Source of the DNA: Octopus vulgaris
Lineage: Eukaryota
DNA length: 64,000 bases
Assembly: GCA_951406725.2 (NCBI GenBank)
Contig: OX597821.1
Location: 71,672,001-71,736,000 of the forward strand
Direction of reading: 5' to 3'
The position numbers and the translations under genes are program-made. The notes beneath the pieces are model-generated. The model had not been told where the DNA came from. It searched no databases and saw only the letters and a list, made by a program, of their open reading frames with translations. Positions within the stretch are counted from its first letter, which is position 1, and every line of letters starts with the position of its first letter. This document shows positions 40,609-55,658 of this stretch, in pieces.

Positions 40609-42206
40609 ATTAGAAATTGGATTAGAAAAATAATAGATTAGAAATTTGGATTAGAAAAATGCGCCAAAGTTACCCTGAAAAGAGGAAAACTAGTTAAGAG
40701 TAGCAACATCACACTAGATAAAACCAATGAAATAAAATAATTAGACCAAAGCCAAACTTACAAATACTTAGGAATCCATGAACTAGATAAGACACAACCC
40801 ACACAAACGAAAGATAAAATAAAAAAAGAATATTATAGACGAGTTAGATCAATACTAAAAACAGAGCTCAATGCTAAAAACAAGATAATAGGTATTAACA
40901 CTTTAGCTGTCCCAGTTATAAGTTACAGCTACAATATCCTTAACTGGACACGAAATGAACTGACCAAAATAGATAGGAAAACAAGAAAAATAATGACAGG
41001 ATCTAGGATGCATCACCCAAAATCTGACATAGAAAGACTATATATACAACGTATAGAAGGTGGTAGAGGCCTTATGCAACTGGAAAACTACTATAAAATA
41101 ACCACCATAGGACTGCAAAAATATCTACTTCAGAAGGAAGGAAAACTGATACAAATAGCGGCAAAACACGAGCAAAACAAAATACTGTTCTCAGTATTTA
41201 AGGAAGCTGACAAATACAAACAAGAAATCATACCACCTAATAAATATGAAGAAGAAGAAGAAGATGATGAAGAAACAACAAAAGCTATAAAACAAATGAA
41301 ATCCAAACTAAAAATAGAACAGCAACGAACCATGATAAAACGATGGCAAGAAAAGCCCCTTCATGGTAAATACTGGACTAAACTAAACGCAAAAGAAATA
41401 GACAAAGAAAAATCCCAGCAATGGTTGAGAAGCTCAGGAGTCAAAGCAGAAACAGAGGGATTTTTTAATTGCAGCACAAGACCAAAGCCTCCCCACCAGA
41501 AATTACCAAAAACATGTAATAAAAAGAAATATAACAAGTAACTGCAGAATATGTGGAGATGGACAAGAAACAATAAATCATATTATCTCTAGCTGCCCAG
41601 TCCTGGCTAAGAAGGAATATATTCACAGACATGACAAAGTTGGAACCTACATACATTGGAAGCTATGCCAACATTATGGAATAACAACAGAAAAAAGATG
41701 GTATAGGCACACACCAGAAAAGATCACAGAAAACGAGAAAACAACCATACTCTGGCATATGCCGATACACACAGATAGAGAAATTAAGGCCAACAGGCCA
41801 GATATAGTTGTCAGAGATCATGAAGAAAAAAAATGCTTTCTAATTGATGTATCAATACCGGCAGATGACAACGTGTCTCTAAAAGAAATGGAGAAACTCT
41901 CAAAATACAAAGACCTGGAAATAGAGGTAACTAGAATGTGGAATCTGAAAACAGAAACAATTCCTATCATAGTAGGTGCATTAGGCATGATAAAAAAATA
42001 TTCAGACAAATACATAACAAAAACACCAGGACTTACAAACACATATAACATACAGAAAATTGCACTACTAGGCACTGCACACATCCTACGCAGAACACTT
42101 TCCATACAATAACCATCAGAGCATCACAACAAATCACAACACATACCCAAGGCACACAGAGCTGCGCTCGGTAGTGAAGTGAAAGCACGCTATAAAAATA
42201 AAACTA

Positions 42207-42209
<3 letters not shown>
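40609..42209 (+). mobile_element. 5'-truncated R4/Dong-type RLE non-LTR retrotransposon in a (TAA)n array
   Basis: FGLEKC and YKYLG (late RT), RLY...GGRGL, LHGKY, AAQDQ, CRICGDGQETINHIISSC (CCHC), RHD, RPDI...DVSIP...EKLSKY (RLE), stop at 42112, 3' UTR of about 100 bp. One stop (about 40738) and one frameshift (about 41465) seen. Confidence 0.93.
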
Positions 42210-42721
<512 letters not shown>

Positions 42722-43204
42722 GATAAACATGCGAAAGGAAATAGAGTAAAACTCCCAAGTAAAAATGGTAGCAAAAAGTAATATTAGTCAGGACATTAGG
42801 AATGGTAAAAACCCCTTCAGAAATCTTAGTAGAGCACAGCATTAAGAAACTATCCGAATTCCAGAAAGCTGAAGCTAGCAATAAGACAGGTAGTGGAAAT
42901 GATTTTAATAGCAGTACTTCAAATGTTAAAAACCCTGAGCACAGGGCTAGGAATTTAAGTAGCCAACGGGAATCGATTCCAAGCACTACGATTAAATGCA
43001 TTTGTGAGGAAGCTAGCACTCGAGAAATGGATAGCAGGTGAGGCAGCTGCTATAATTCCTATAAAAACTAGTCCAGATTCAGGAATCGTTAGAAATAAGA
43101 GCCTAAAAACCCGGGACAGTAGCTGGAATGTAAACAATAGCAGATCCATAGATACACAAACAAGAAGGGCACCTAGTACGAGTACCACTGGCATAGATAA
43201 TAAG

Positions 43205-43412
43205 AATCCTTTTTAGTATAGGCACACGGCCTGGGTTTTGCGGGGAGGGGAACAGTCGCTCACATCGACCCCAGTACTCAACTGGTATTTAATTTATTAA
43301 CCCCGAAAGGATGAAAGGCAAAGGTTGACCTCGGTGCAATTTGAACTCAGAACGTAGCGACGGGCGAACTACCGCTAAGCATTTCGCCCGGCGTGCTAAC
43401 GATTCTGCCAGC
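43205..43412 (-). mobile_element. SINE family A, short-tail type
   Basis: Reverse complement of the family A head and core. Confidence 0.85.
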
Positions 43413-44347
43413 TATGTAATAATAATAAAGATAGAAGTCTCTAAGTGTAGTAAAAATAAAATCTATCCCTTAAATACGCAGAATATGAGGAAGAATTTAG
43501 TATACCGACGAAGGATTTTCTTTTTTTGGTGGGTGGGTGGGGGGGTTCTACTTTTATATAGGTGTGACCAACTTTAAATCTATTTGAATTCGTTTAAGGG
43601 TAGCGTTAAGATGAACAACACTAGCTTGAGCAAGTTCATCTACTCGCTTAAGGATAAACACGCTAAATTTAGTATAGGACGGAAAAAATTAGCACTTTTA
43701 TTTTATTCGTTATGTAAAAGGAGGTAAATGATGTGAGTTGTGCATGGAGGAAATGTACGAGATGCTTACATCGAAACAGCAATTGCTTAACAATAGAGTG
43801 GAACCAGCCTTGAGATGTTCGCATCTGCATGGAAAAAAATACATTTAAATACTTCCATGCGGATGCTGAGTAGGATAATATCCGCTACGCAATGGGGATG
43901 TGCCTCGATTTAAGGGTTAACGGTCGAGACAATATCCGGTTTAACTTTTAACTAGTTACCGTTATTATAATCATCTGAAAATATCATTTTTTATATATAG
44001 ATCATAGCACTACATACAAGACACGGTAATTTCCATATGATTTAAAGCACAATTAGCAAATGCCCCTTCCATATGGACATCTTAAATAAATATGACAGAA
44101 TTCCATCGATTAATTTAATCGAATTTGATTTATTTTCATTCAATCTCTTTTAGCTGAAGTGAAGACCAAGTATATAGTGCGTGTGGTTAATTGGAAAAGA
44201 AGCATGAAGATCACCTAAATATAACAATATTTGTTTCAATACGTGACTTCCCATCAGGAATCCGACAAAACAAACGTGTATGTGTGTGCGCCCGTGCGCG
44301 TATGCGTATGTGTGTGTGTATACACACACTCACACAGATATATACTT

Positions 44348-44403
<56 letters not shown>

Positions 44404-44418
44404 ATGTATGTATGTATG

Positions 44419-44450
<32 letters not shown>

Positions 44451-44529
44451 TGTATGTATGTATTTTTTTCTTGTTTCAGCTCAGAGCCGTGGCCATGCTG
44501 ATGCACCGCCGTTTTGTGCTACACTGTTA

Positions 44530-45068
44530 TTACGAAGAGCCTCCTCTAAAATGTGGCACTTGGTAAAGAATGGAGTTTGATATAGCTACTCTCATTTGCA
44601 CCTCTTGCCGTGAGGTAGGTTCATCTGGGACTCTCGACAGGAAGATGTCCGGCTTTGATTTAAAAACCGCTACATCTACTTTGTGCAAATTCCTCAGACT
44701 CTTTGAGAGAATATTAAAAAGCTGTGGGCCCTTGAAACCCAGGCTGTTGCAGTAGCTGGTCCTGAAGCGTGATGGCATTGCTGGGATTTTTGGCACTATG
44801 CAGTGTCGTCCCGTTCTAGCATTGGTGTAGCTTACAATGCCAAAATTTGGCACAATTCTTTCCAGGATCTTCCAGACATATATTACTGCATACCTCTCCC
44901 GTCTTCTCTCTAGGGAGTAAAGTCTTAGCTGTTTCAACCTTTCCCAGTAGCTGAGCTGTTGCAAAGAGACGATCCTTTTTGTGAATCTTCTCTTGATTGC
45001 TTCAAGGTCCGCTGTTAATTTCACACTGGTGGGTGACCATAGCTGTGAGCAGTAATCCAGGCGGCTGG
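44530..45068 (-). mobile_element. 3' fragment of a CR1-group LINE ORF2 (RT C-terminus)
   Basis: SRLDYCSQLWSP...LEAIKRRFTK...LSYWERLKQLRLYSLERRRER...GPQLFNIL...FKSK.D.FL. Confidence 0.85.
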
Positions 45069-45275
45069 ATTATATGTATATATATAGCCGCAAAACTAGG
45101 TTCTCCACTAGATGGAAATTAGTAAAACACTTAAAGCTGATGACGGAAGATAGAGCCTTATGTCTTACTCGAGCTTCCTATAAAATCAATCCGGAAGACT
45201 GATCTCTCTGAAGATAGGATTATTTCAGACATATCAAGTAACAGGAAGTAGAGCAATACATATATACATATATAT

Positions 45276-45321
<46 letters not shown>

Positions 45322-45888
45322 CCTTTATTTGTGTAGTTACTCGTTTAATTTCTTTATTTTGTGCTCTTTCCTCTATTCTTTTACTTTTCTTTTGGTTCGA
45401 ACATTTAAAAACACGGGGTAAAATATCATTATATCTCATTAAAGTAGAGGCCAAGTTGACTGTAACATAGTAAAAAGACAAAGCAAAACTCGTCTAAAGA
45501 ATATTTGCAACACTTAAAAAAATGAAGGTTAAATATAAGAAATACCAGTAATCAGCCACATGGTATTATATATTTGACTTGCGTCTAAAAGGTGTAGCGA
45601 TGTATCTAGTAACTTTCTCAAAAATCATCTATTTCTAGATAGATAGTCATATGTACACGCGCACACACATACACACACATGTTTATATACACTCATCCAA
45701 TATTGAAACGAGTACCAAGGCTCTGGTGTGACAGGCTTGATAATTGTTAAGCCGTTCCTCTTTACATGAAATCATCGGTAGCTTTATTAACCCAGTAATG
45801 AAGAATATTCATCTACCAATATGGTGTTGAGCACTCATTCTCACTGTTCGATATATGAGCGTGTATGTATATATATATATATATATAT

Positions 45889-46174
45889 AAAATCAAAATA
45901 AGCAACAAGGATATCCAGATATCCAGAAGTAATGCAGTACGATCGTTTCATGCAATTCTATTTAATTGAACAATGCAATCTTTACATCAATTTAAAATGC
46001 AGAGCAATCTTCAGCTGCACAAAGACATAGAATTTAATTAAATTAGTACAGATGGACACACTAGTATAATTATACCTAAAATCTCCAAGATGTTAAGGAG
46101 ACAGACATAGAACATGCTGTCTTACTCCAGCATAGAAGTTACCTCTGGATATGCATGTTGCTTATTTTGATTTT
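45889..46174 (-). mobile_element. Penelope-like terminal-repeat remnant with inverted ends and hammerhead motif (45933-46019)
   Basis: ugcag CUGAAGA uugc...gcau GAAAC GAUC GUA cugca; 45889-45919 is inverted at 46144-46174; follows (TA)n. Confidence 0.8.
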
Positions 46175-46282
46175 AATCACCTTACTTTGAAATTGTATGG
46201 ATAATACCGTACTAAATTCTGGTGCCTCAACTTAATTACCATATTCATCTGAAAATATATACAGAAGGGAAAAAGAGAGCGA

Positions 46283-46416
46283 AAGAAGAAGAAGAAGAAG
46301 AAGAAGAAGAAGAAGAAGAAGAAGAAGAAGAAGAAGAAGAAGAAGAAGAAGAAGAAGAAGAAGAAGAAGGGGGAGGAGGAGGAGGAGGAGAAGGAGGAGG
46401 AGAAGGAGGAGGAGGA
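46283..46416. repeat. (GAA)n(GGA)n purine tract
   Basis: Seen directly. Confidence 0.95.
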
Positions 46417-47982
46417 TTTATGTCTATACGCATCCGCCAGATGGAGATTAGAATAACACTTGAAATTGATGAAGAGCGATAGAGACGTCTCACCGTGTCT
46501 TATTCTCGTTTCCTATTTCCAAGTGAGAATTCTCTCCGATTCTCGCAATAAAATCAATCCGGAAGAATGATTTTAGAAATATATATTATTCAAAACACAT
46601 CACGTAGCAGGAAGTATAATTCACTCCATATTATTTGGGTAGCTTTCGTTTTTGCTTGTTTGCTTTGATTTTCATTCCTTCATTCACCATTTTACACACA
46701 CACACACATTAATTAAGTACCAGTTGCGTCCTGGTGTCGATCTAATAGACTGCCCCCACCCTCACAAATTTTGGGCCTTGTGCCTAGAGTAGAAAAGAAA
46801 ATTTATTGTAATTCATTTCCTCTGATTGTTTATTCATCTTAACAAATCTGGCCAAATTTTCACCATTTTTGAAAAAAAAAGATAACCAGCATCTCATTCT
46901 AATTAAAACTATTATTAATGCATCTGTTATAGTATTACAAATATACTAAATATTATCATACTCGAATTTCACAAAATATTAATGTTAACCTGGTTTATCG
47001 TTCTGTTACTGACACAACAGTTTAAAGATGTCGGAAAGTTAAGATTTAAAGCCAAGAGAAAATTTAAAGTCAGAAACAAGAGCCGTCGTTCCCAAACTTA
47101 TTTTATCGTGGAACCCTGACAGCATTTTCCATAAGCTGATGAACTCTACTTGTAATTTTTTTGTTCCATGTCAGTTCACAGCCCTATAATCTTAATAATG
47201 TTATCTGTATATACGATGAACTCAGAAACATTCTATTTAGGATGGGTGGGGCTGCAAATTCCATTGTTTCGCTCGAATTAAAGAATCCCACTGTTATTTA
47301 TTTGACCACAAATTGAAGAAAAGCAAATTCTTTCTCAGCAGGATTTGATCTCAGAAACTGTAGGACATTTAGTCCCAACATTTCACTGTTATTGCACATT
47401 CATCTTCCTGCAGATGACCACGAGCTAATAAAGGAGACACTATGTGGTCAGTCTGTCTGTTAGAAATGATAGTCAAATCTCATTTAAGAGGATACGTATA
47501 TATAAAACAAAAGACTACATCAGTTAATCTAGTTTTAGATAAAAAGTTTGAAATAACCCTCCTTATAAGTTTTCTCGCTCAAGAGTAACGCGCAAGTGAA
47601 GGACAGCAGCAGGAGCACCTTATCGAAAATAATTTCAGATTTTAACCAAATTTATCGGCACTGTTATATTTCATTACATGGATTTGTTATTTCAGAAAAA
47701 CACAAGACAGCACGCGCTGTTGACATTTTGTTTTTGTTTTGTTTTTGATTTTCCAAAATGATGGTTTTAAGAAACTATGCATACACTTAAAACAACAACA
47801 ACAAAAACAACAACAACAACAACATGTAATTGATGTGTATTAGCAGAGAAGGAATCCCCAGATGTTCTACGGGTGTAGAAAGATCGTCAGAGCTTAATGG
47901 CTGTGAGCAACGAAAGACTTATAGCATGCTTTCAGTGAGAGATTCAGATGATATGGGCCGCCTGGTGTCCGCATTCAATGAA

Positions 47983-48205
<223 letters not shown>

Positions 48206-48553
48206 TGATTTCTTTATTGACCACAAGGGTTTACATTAAGAAAAACAAAATGAACAATACGGGAGAAAAGAAAGGATGTGTGTAGGAAGACGATTACAGC
48301 AGGTTCTCGTTGTTGCTTATTGATTTATATTAAGGTATTATCTCTTCTAAATTATGCTTCAAACATCACGCCAAACACTAAACATACAACATGTTTATTA
48401 GAAGCGAACATGACGATAAGTTTGAGCCCAGAAACGAGTGATTTGTTTACTGTAGAGTTTTCTACTTTTCAACACATTTTCTCTGCTATCGGTAAAACAT
48501 TAGTATGGGGGTGGAGTGAGTATAATATGTATACGTATCTATCTAGCTAGCAT

Positions 48554-48915
48554 GGAGGCGCAATGGCCCAGTGGTTAGGGCAGCGGACTCGTGGTCGTAG
48601 GATCGCGGTTTCGTTGTGAGTGTTTATTGAGCAAAAACGCCTAAAGCTCCACGAGGCTCCGGCAGGGCGTGGTGGCGAACCCTGCTGTACTCTTTTACCA
48701 CAAATTTCTATTACTCGTTCTTCCTGTTTCTGTTGGACCTGTATTTCAAAAGGCCACCCTTGTCACACTCTGAGTCACGGTGAATCTCCTCAAGAACTAT
48801 GTTAAGGGTACACCTGTCTGTGGAGTGCTCAGCCACTTGCACGTTAATTTCACTAACAGCTGTTCCGTTGATTGCATCAACTGGAACCCTCGTCGTCGTA
48901 ACCGACGAAGTGCCA
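48554..48915 (+). mobile_element. SINE family C (tRNA-derived)
   Basis: Head ggaggcgcaatggcccagtggttagggc; inverted homolog at 55961-56344. Confidence 0.85.
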
Positions 48916-49609
48916 CAAGCATCAGAATACGGAAGTTACGGTCGTAATAGGTATGTTAGACACCACAGAATATTTTGACACCTGGTTTAATGAAAGTACA
49001 ATCGGCCACATCAGTTGTTTTAGTACGAAACAGCAATCGACTGTGACGCCCAGCTGTCAATCGTTAAAGACAAGCGTGTATTGTAAATATTTAACATAGA
49101 TCGCCTGTTTACGCTTGCCGTTCGTGTTGAGTTTTGATGGCCAGGAAATATGCTCCGCTAGCACCATATTGATATACCTGCCACTGGTAATTTAGCGCTG
49201 CTTAGATTGCGGCACAGGAAATCCTCCGGATTTTAATTATTTAGTTTTGTAATATACAGATTGTTAAACAGATAATTCCTCGACAGACAGATGCGGCTTT
49301 TCAGTCACTCATACACACAGCTCTCCTTCTGCCTATCTGTTTGCCTCTCTCTCTCTCTTCTCTCTCTTATTCTGTTTCTTTACCGCTCTATTTCTCTTTC
49401 TTTCTCTCTCTTATTCTTTCTCTCTCTCTTTATTTCTCTTATTCTCTCTCTCTCTTTCTTTCTCTCTATCCCCCTCTCTCTCTATCTCTCTCTCTGTACA
49501 TACATATATATATATATATGTGTCTGTGTGTCCGTGTGTTAGTGCATCTACGTCCGCATGTGTGCGTATGAGCATGTGTATGAGAGAGTGTGTGTGTGTA
49601 TGCATGTAT

Positions 49610-49712
49610 GCGACCAAGTGGTTAGGCTGTTGGATTTGTGAATGTAAGCGCATGAATTCGAGTCCTCGAGCGGACGGCGCGTTATATCCTTGAGCAAGGT
49701 AATTCATTCTGC
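49610..49712 (+). mobile_element. Degenerate tRNA-derived SINE head
   Basis: gaccaagtggttagg (A-box-like), gaattcgagtcc (B-box-like), tccttgagcaagg. Confidence 0.5.
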
Positions 49713-50181
49713 TCTAATATAAATCAATTGTAGCAGACCTTTAGCCAAATATCACGCAACCTGAGTTCTTCATTCTAAGAGGTTCAATCTCGTCTCGGTC
49801 TTGCGAACAGATAGCACTAGCACTTATATACAAGAATCCCTCGCATTACGTAAGCAATGCATTCGTGAAGAATCTTGAGGTAACGTGAAATCCCGTGATG
49901 TGAAATTAATTCATCTTTATGGTATAAAGTTAAATGATTTCCAACAAAAACAAGCAACGTTGCCACATTTATAAATGAAATAAAATTTTTCTAAACATAC
50001 GTTATGTAGACATTAAAGAATTCTTCAAGAGAAAAAACGCCAGGGAATAAACAATAACCGTTTACTTCAATAGGTTAAGTTGTTGGCGCAAAAACCACGT
50101 TGATTACTATGTGAGTGATGGTGGAAGAGGTGTTGGAATGATTATAATGGAAGGAGGCAGGATATTTTGTTTTGTCTTACG

Positions 50182-50227
<46 letters not shown>

Positions 50228-50445
50228 GTTATCTTCGTCGTCATCATCATCATTAAGGAGCGAAAGGGTTATTGAAAGTCGTTCGATGTTTATGGCTCAT
50301 GTCTTTCAGTAGGAAATGAATTCTTTCTTTGGTGTTTATGTTACGTTTTACGACTGAAGTGGAACCAACAAAAAATTTCTGGCATTCCTTAGACAGACAG
50401 ACAAACAGACCGACAAACACATAGATAGATAGATAGATAGATAGC

Positions 50446-50532
<87 letters not shown>

Positions 50533-50604
50533 CCTCCTGTAGTCTGTTCCAGATCATTTTCCTTGTTCTTACACACATACACAGACACACACACGTTTTA
50601 TATA

Positions 50605-50667
<63 letters not shown>

Positions 50668-50668
<1 letters not shown>

Positions 50669-50915
50669 TATGCTTTATTATTAAAGCTGCAAAAACATCA
50701 CACAAAAAAAAAAACTGCTGCTCACAGTTTCACATTCCTGTTGGTCGAACAGTTGTGATTCAGAGTCACCACTGAATCACAATTGTCCGACGAACGGGAA
50801 CGTGAAACACTGAGTGCCATTTTTTTTTTTTTTTGTGATGTTTTTGTAACTCAAGTAATAAAGCATATCACTCTACCTCCGGTATCTTCCCACCTTGTTT
50901 CACATTTATGTGCTT

Positions 50916-50921
<6 letters not shown>
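50668..50921 (+). mobile_element. Penelope-like remnant forming a 200-bp palindrome with a decayed hammerhead in each arm
   Basis: Arms 50668-50763 and 50772-50868. Plus arm: uugu CCGACGA acg-ggaa-cgu GAAAC ACUGA GUG. TA tracts on both sides. Confidence 0.8.
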
Positions 50922-50987
<66 letters not shown>

Positions 50988-51306
50988 TTATATTTGTCAA
51001 AGCCATTTCTTCCCGTTTTCAGATCCATTCCGGACTTCGTTACCGCAAAACTCGAATTCGGTCACGTGTTCTACTTGACAAGAATCCACTATGATTATTT
51101 GTGGGCTACGTGACAGGATTACATTTCCAACCATTTATTTTTATACCCCATTTTTTTCTACACTATTCACATCGTGGTTATTAGGGTTGTGTCGTCAGCA
51201 TATTTCATATTGATGGAGAAAGGCGCCAGTGAATCGTGGAATTGTGTACAAGTGTTTTAGGTCTTACATCGCGCATACTCACACACACACATATTAAAAA
51301 CTAAGC

Positions 51307-51363
<57 letters not shown>

Positions 51364-51567
51364 TATATATACACATATATATATATACACATATATATAC
51401 ACATACATACATACATACATGCATATACACATGATATACTCACGCACATGCGTATATGTTATTGTTACGTATAATATATTTATATCTATATAGAATAAAG
51501 TACTTTGAAAATTATTGGATGCCATATATGCGTATGCTTGTGTGTGTATGTATGCATATATATATGC

Positions 51568-51621
<54 letters not shown>

Positions 51622-51625
<4 letters not shown>

Positions 51626-51830
51626 TAGAGATAAAACCACTATTAGGAAAATCAAACAATGAAAAACATAAGCCAATACATAAAATTAATTAATTTATAT
51701 TATTTTAAATATATATTAAAAGTATTAAAAGTTTAATAAAAGATAAAGAGTAAAACACTACGATCGTTTCATGGCTGTACAATTCGTAATAATTCGAGTT
51801 ATGGTTACAGTCAATCTTCAGATTAATTGA
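51622..51830 (-). mobile_element. Penelope-like remnant with hammerhead motif (51755-51825)
   Basis: CUGAAGA uugacugua...uacagccau GAAAC GAUC GUA; stem I poorly paired; follows (TA)n. Confidence 0.6.
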
Positions 51831-52842
51831 AATATCTAAAATATAATCAGAAATATTTAAACAATATTTTTAAGATATAAATAATATAATAATTTTACTT
51901 ATAATAATCCATATTATCAAACTAGAAACATAAAACTTAACAATTATGATTATATCAAAATCGACTATAATGTTAAATATTAATTTTAATTTATAAGGTA
52001 GGAAACCCACCAATAATCTAATATCGGTATTAGTCTATATCTAATTACATAAATATTTAAAAATGACTAATATATATAAATTATCAATGAAAATATATAA
52101 ATGTATATAAATATTATAATTAAGATCTAAAATAATCTATATAAATAAATATATATGCACATATAATAAAAACCTAATAAATTAATTTTTCATATTTAAA
52201 GATGAAATAGCTAATTTCAAAATACAAATAAACAAACTTAAACGAACTTTCGGAAATCTTATGTAAAATACTTATAGAAATAATCAATTCGTAGTAATAT
52301 AGTATCGAATAAAAACTATAGATACTATAAATATAATTATCAATGAGAATAACTAGCGAATATCAATTTAAAGAAATAACTAAGTTATGCTATTAAATTA
52401 GACATGGCCTGGACCAATCTTTAGTCGAAACATATCTAAGTTTATCAAAGTTTATCTAATTTTATTATAAATTTAAAACTACAATTAATACTATTAAAAC
52501 ATGTATATACAAAAGCCTAACTTAATACACCTCGTATGCTTGCTATCAAATAACAAATCTATCGCTAAGTAATATCTTACGAATAAACTTAAATTTAATA
52601 TCTAATAATATAGAAAATTACGATAATTAGATCATTACATAAACAACGATATTTACATAAGGAAATATTATTACACCAAAGACTTATACAATATTAAAAT
52701 TTACAATTTGAAGATCTTAAATATAAATAAATACTTATCTTAGCGAGGTTTATATACATACATATATATATATACATATACATATATATATATAAGTATA
52801 TATTCACATATACATGCATATATATATATATATACACATCAT

Positions 52843-52891
<49 letters not shown>

Positions 52892-53044
52892 TACATACAG
52901 ATACATACATACATATATAAATACACGGCGATACTGCTTTCGAAATATCACCTTTTTGTCTGTATCGTACGATACATATTCGACGCTTCTAAAAGAAAAC
53001 AAATCTAAGCTTGTTTATACACACGTGGTTGTTATATATATATA

Positions 53045-53088
<44 letters not shown>

Positions 53089-55098
53089 TATGTATGTATG
53101 CCTATATAACTTTAGTTAAGCAAAATTGAATTTAAAATTACCAGCAGCTCTCATAATATTTACATTGACGGTCGTTCATTTGTATATTTGTATGTGTTTC
53201 GTTTATAGGCCGAATTTGCTGATTTTAATTCGAAATTTCAGGTCGTTTGCCTTGTGGTGGGCACTGCACACCAACAACTAGAGTTTACATAAATTGCATA
53301 TACGTCTCTGACAAGTGATTCATTTTGTGTCGAGATGAATCGAGTATTCGATATCGATGAGCAAAACCGATCGCGAAGTATCGGTGTCTATCGTTATCGA
53401 ACACTTCGGCCGAATTGTCCTGCCTGATCTGAAACATTCAGCGTTCTTTAACCGTCGACATCGTGTATGAATTCTTCCCAGGACGCACTAAACTGACCTA
53501 CAAACACAACGTGTGTGCGACCGATAAAGTTTACATTATCGGATCTGCTTTTCATTCAAAATTTAATTTTGTTTAACTAAAGTCATTTGGTTGGGATCTT
53601 TTATGCAAATCTTTAGATCTGTTGAGGAAACCCCCAGCCTGTGCTCCCCCGTTTAGCCTCACTACACACATGCTGCTCTTTCATTATATTTTACATCAAT
53701 GTTATTAATTGTCCAGCGTCTGCTGCTAATTAGCAGAGTCGAAGAACGCTTTTGGCTTACCTATTTGCATTTGTGATGATAAAAATAGCGTCACACACAT
53801 ATTCGTTCGTTGTTGTTTTTTAATTACATCATGAGGTCTGCTGTGAGTGATCCACCTTCTTCAAATAACGGCGTTGTTTTGCGTTGTAAAGTCTCAGTTT
53901 CTCTGCGGAAACTTAGTGGAAATCTGTAGGAAACTTTGGGATTGGTTCCTGTTTTCTACATTCCATATTTTTTTTGTTGCCTCGTCATCTTCATGAGAGT
54001 CCCTTAATATATTTTCAATACATCTATGACTGACCTTTTGACTATGTTTTTTCCTATTCATTTACAATTCCGCTCTTTGTCTCATGAGAATGTTCCCTTC
54101 CCTACACATGATATTTTTGTGAACGTCATCGCCAATACTCTTTGGAATACACTAAATGCATAAAGCAAGCGTTTTTGACATCAATTTCTTATGTTGTATT
54201 ATTTCGGACGCGGGTGGCGGGGGTGGAACCACTTTTACTCACAGATGTCTGAACTGATTTCCATTGAGTCTTTTGGAAAGTCAGCTTAGAAAGTTCTAGA
54301 GTGTTGCATCTTATTTATTTATATATTTTTAAAGAAAGCTAAGCTCAATGCTCCCTGACAATGTTAATTTATCTGTTGTGTTTAAAGATAATGGTTGGAA
54401 TCGGCTTTGCATTGCATGACTTTTGCGATAATTAAAGAAGAAAAAAAGAGGTCCAGAATGCTGTTGTTTATGGTTGGCGAGAAAGTCTGTGAAATTAAGC
54501 AAAATATTTCCTGTCAGGGATCCTGGTGTGATGTTTTTGTCTCATTGTAGCCGGGGATTTATCTTTGGGGAGGGCGAAGTCAACGAATAACAAGAGACGA
54601 ATACTTCTTTAGTGTACAATAAACTATTGTCGTCGTCTTCCTCTTCCATATCCTTTGCCTTTCATCCTTTCGGGGTCGATAAAATAAGTACCCTTCAAGT
54701 ATTGGGGTCGATGTAAACGACTTCTTCCGCCCCTCGATAACTGCGGGCCTCGTTTGAATCCATTAGTTTTAGTATTATTTTATTTATTATTATGAAGAAA
54801 ATGCGTGGCGGACAGTGAAACACAGCAAGACAGTATCAAGAAAAACTACACAGAAGGTGAGTGCGTGTGTGTATATATATATACGTGTATGTGTGTGTGT
54901 TTGTGCGTGTGCGTGTGTGTGTGTACACATACACATGTGCATTCATACACACACAAACTTTTATTAACCAATAATATATATATACCCCTAATAATTGTGT
55001 TGAGTGCTTCTTTCTTTTGTCTGTCTACTTACTCGTATACACACAAATATATACATACCTACATAAATACATAATACATACATACACACACACACACA

Positions 55099-55153
<55 letters not shown>

Positions 55154-55587
55154 GCAGAAACAACAACTTTTACATTTATACCACTTTTCCAATTTTAGTG
55201 ATCCGCCATTCATACTATCTTTATTAGTTTCAAGTTTTGGTACAAGGCTAGCAATTTCGGTGGAGGATGTAAACTGATTCCACTGAACCCAGTTTTATCG
55301 GCTCCAAAACGGATGAAAAGGAGAGCCGACACTACGTCATTTGAACGCAGAACGTAAAGACAGGCGAAATACGGCTAATTATTTCTCCCGTCGCTGTAAC
55401 GGGTGAGAACAGATGTTCTCCACAGAACCAGCATAGTTTCCTGGTCCCTTGTCCTGAAAGTTCTCAGAATCCACCCTGGCATTCACCTGCAAGTTTCCCG
55501 CAGAAAACGCACATGTATGTTGTTTATAAAAACAATACTATAAAAGTATAAAAGTATAGTTCTTAAATCTAACGGAAAGAAGCGAGG

Positions 55588-55658
55588 GGTACGTTGGTGT
55601 AATGGTAGCACACTTGTCGCGAAAGCATGAAGGTGTGGGTTCGAGTTCCATACGTCCG
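55588..55658 (+). pseudogene. tRNA-like sequence (pseudogene or SINE head)
   Basis: A box tggtgtaatgg, B box ggttcgagttcc, paired T arm, partial acceptor stem; the anticodon stem does not pair. Confidence 0.55.

Noticed and set aside
43745-43795. gatg-ctta-catc GAAAC plus palindrome agcaattgct
   Set aside because: The upstream core reads TGTACGA and stem I is absent.
52400-52440. gac...gtc GAAAC stem
   Set aside because: No CUGANGA upstream; it matches the LINE 3' tail near 18560.
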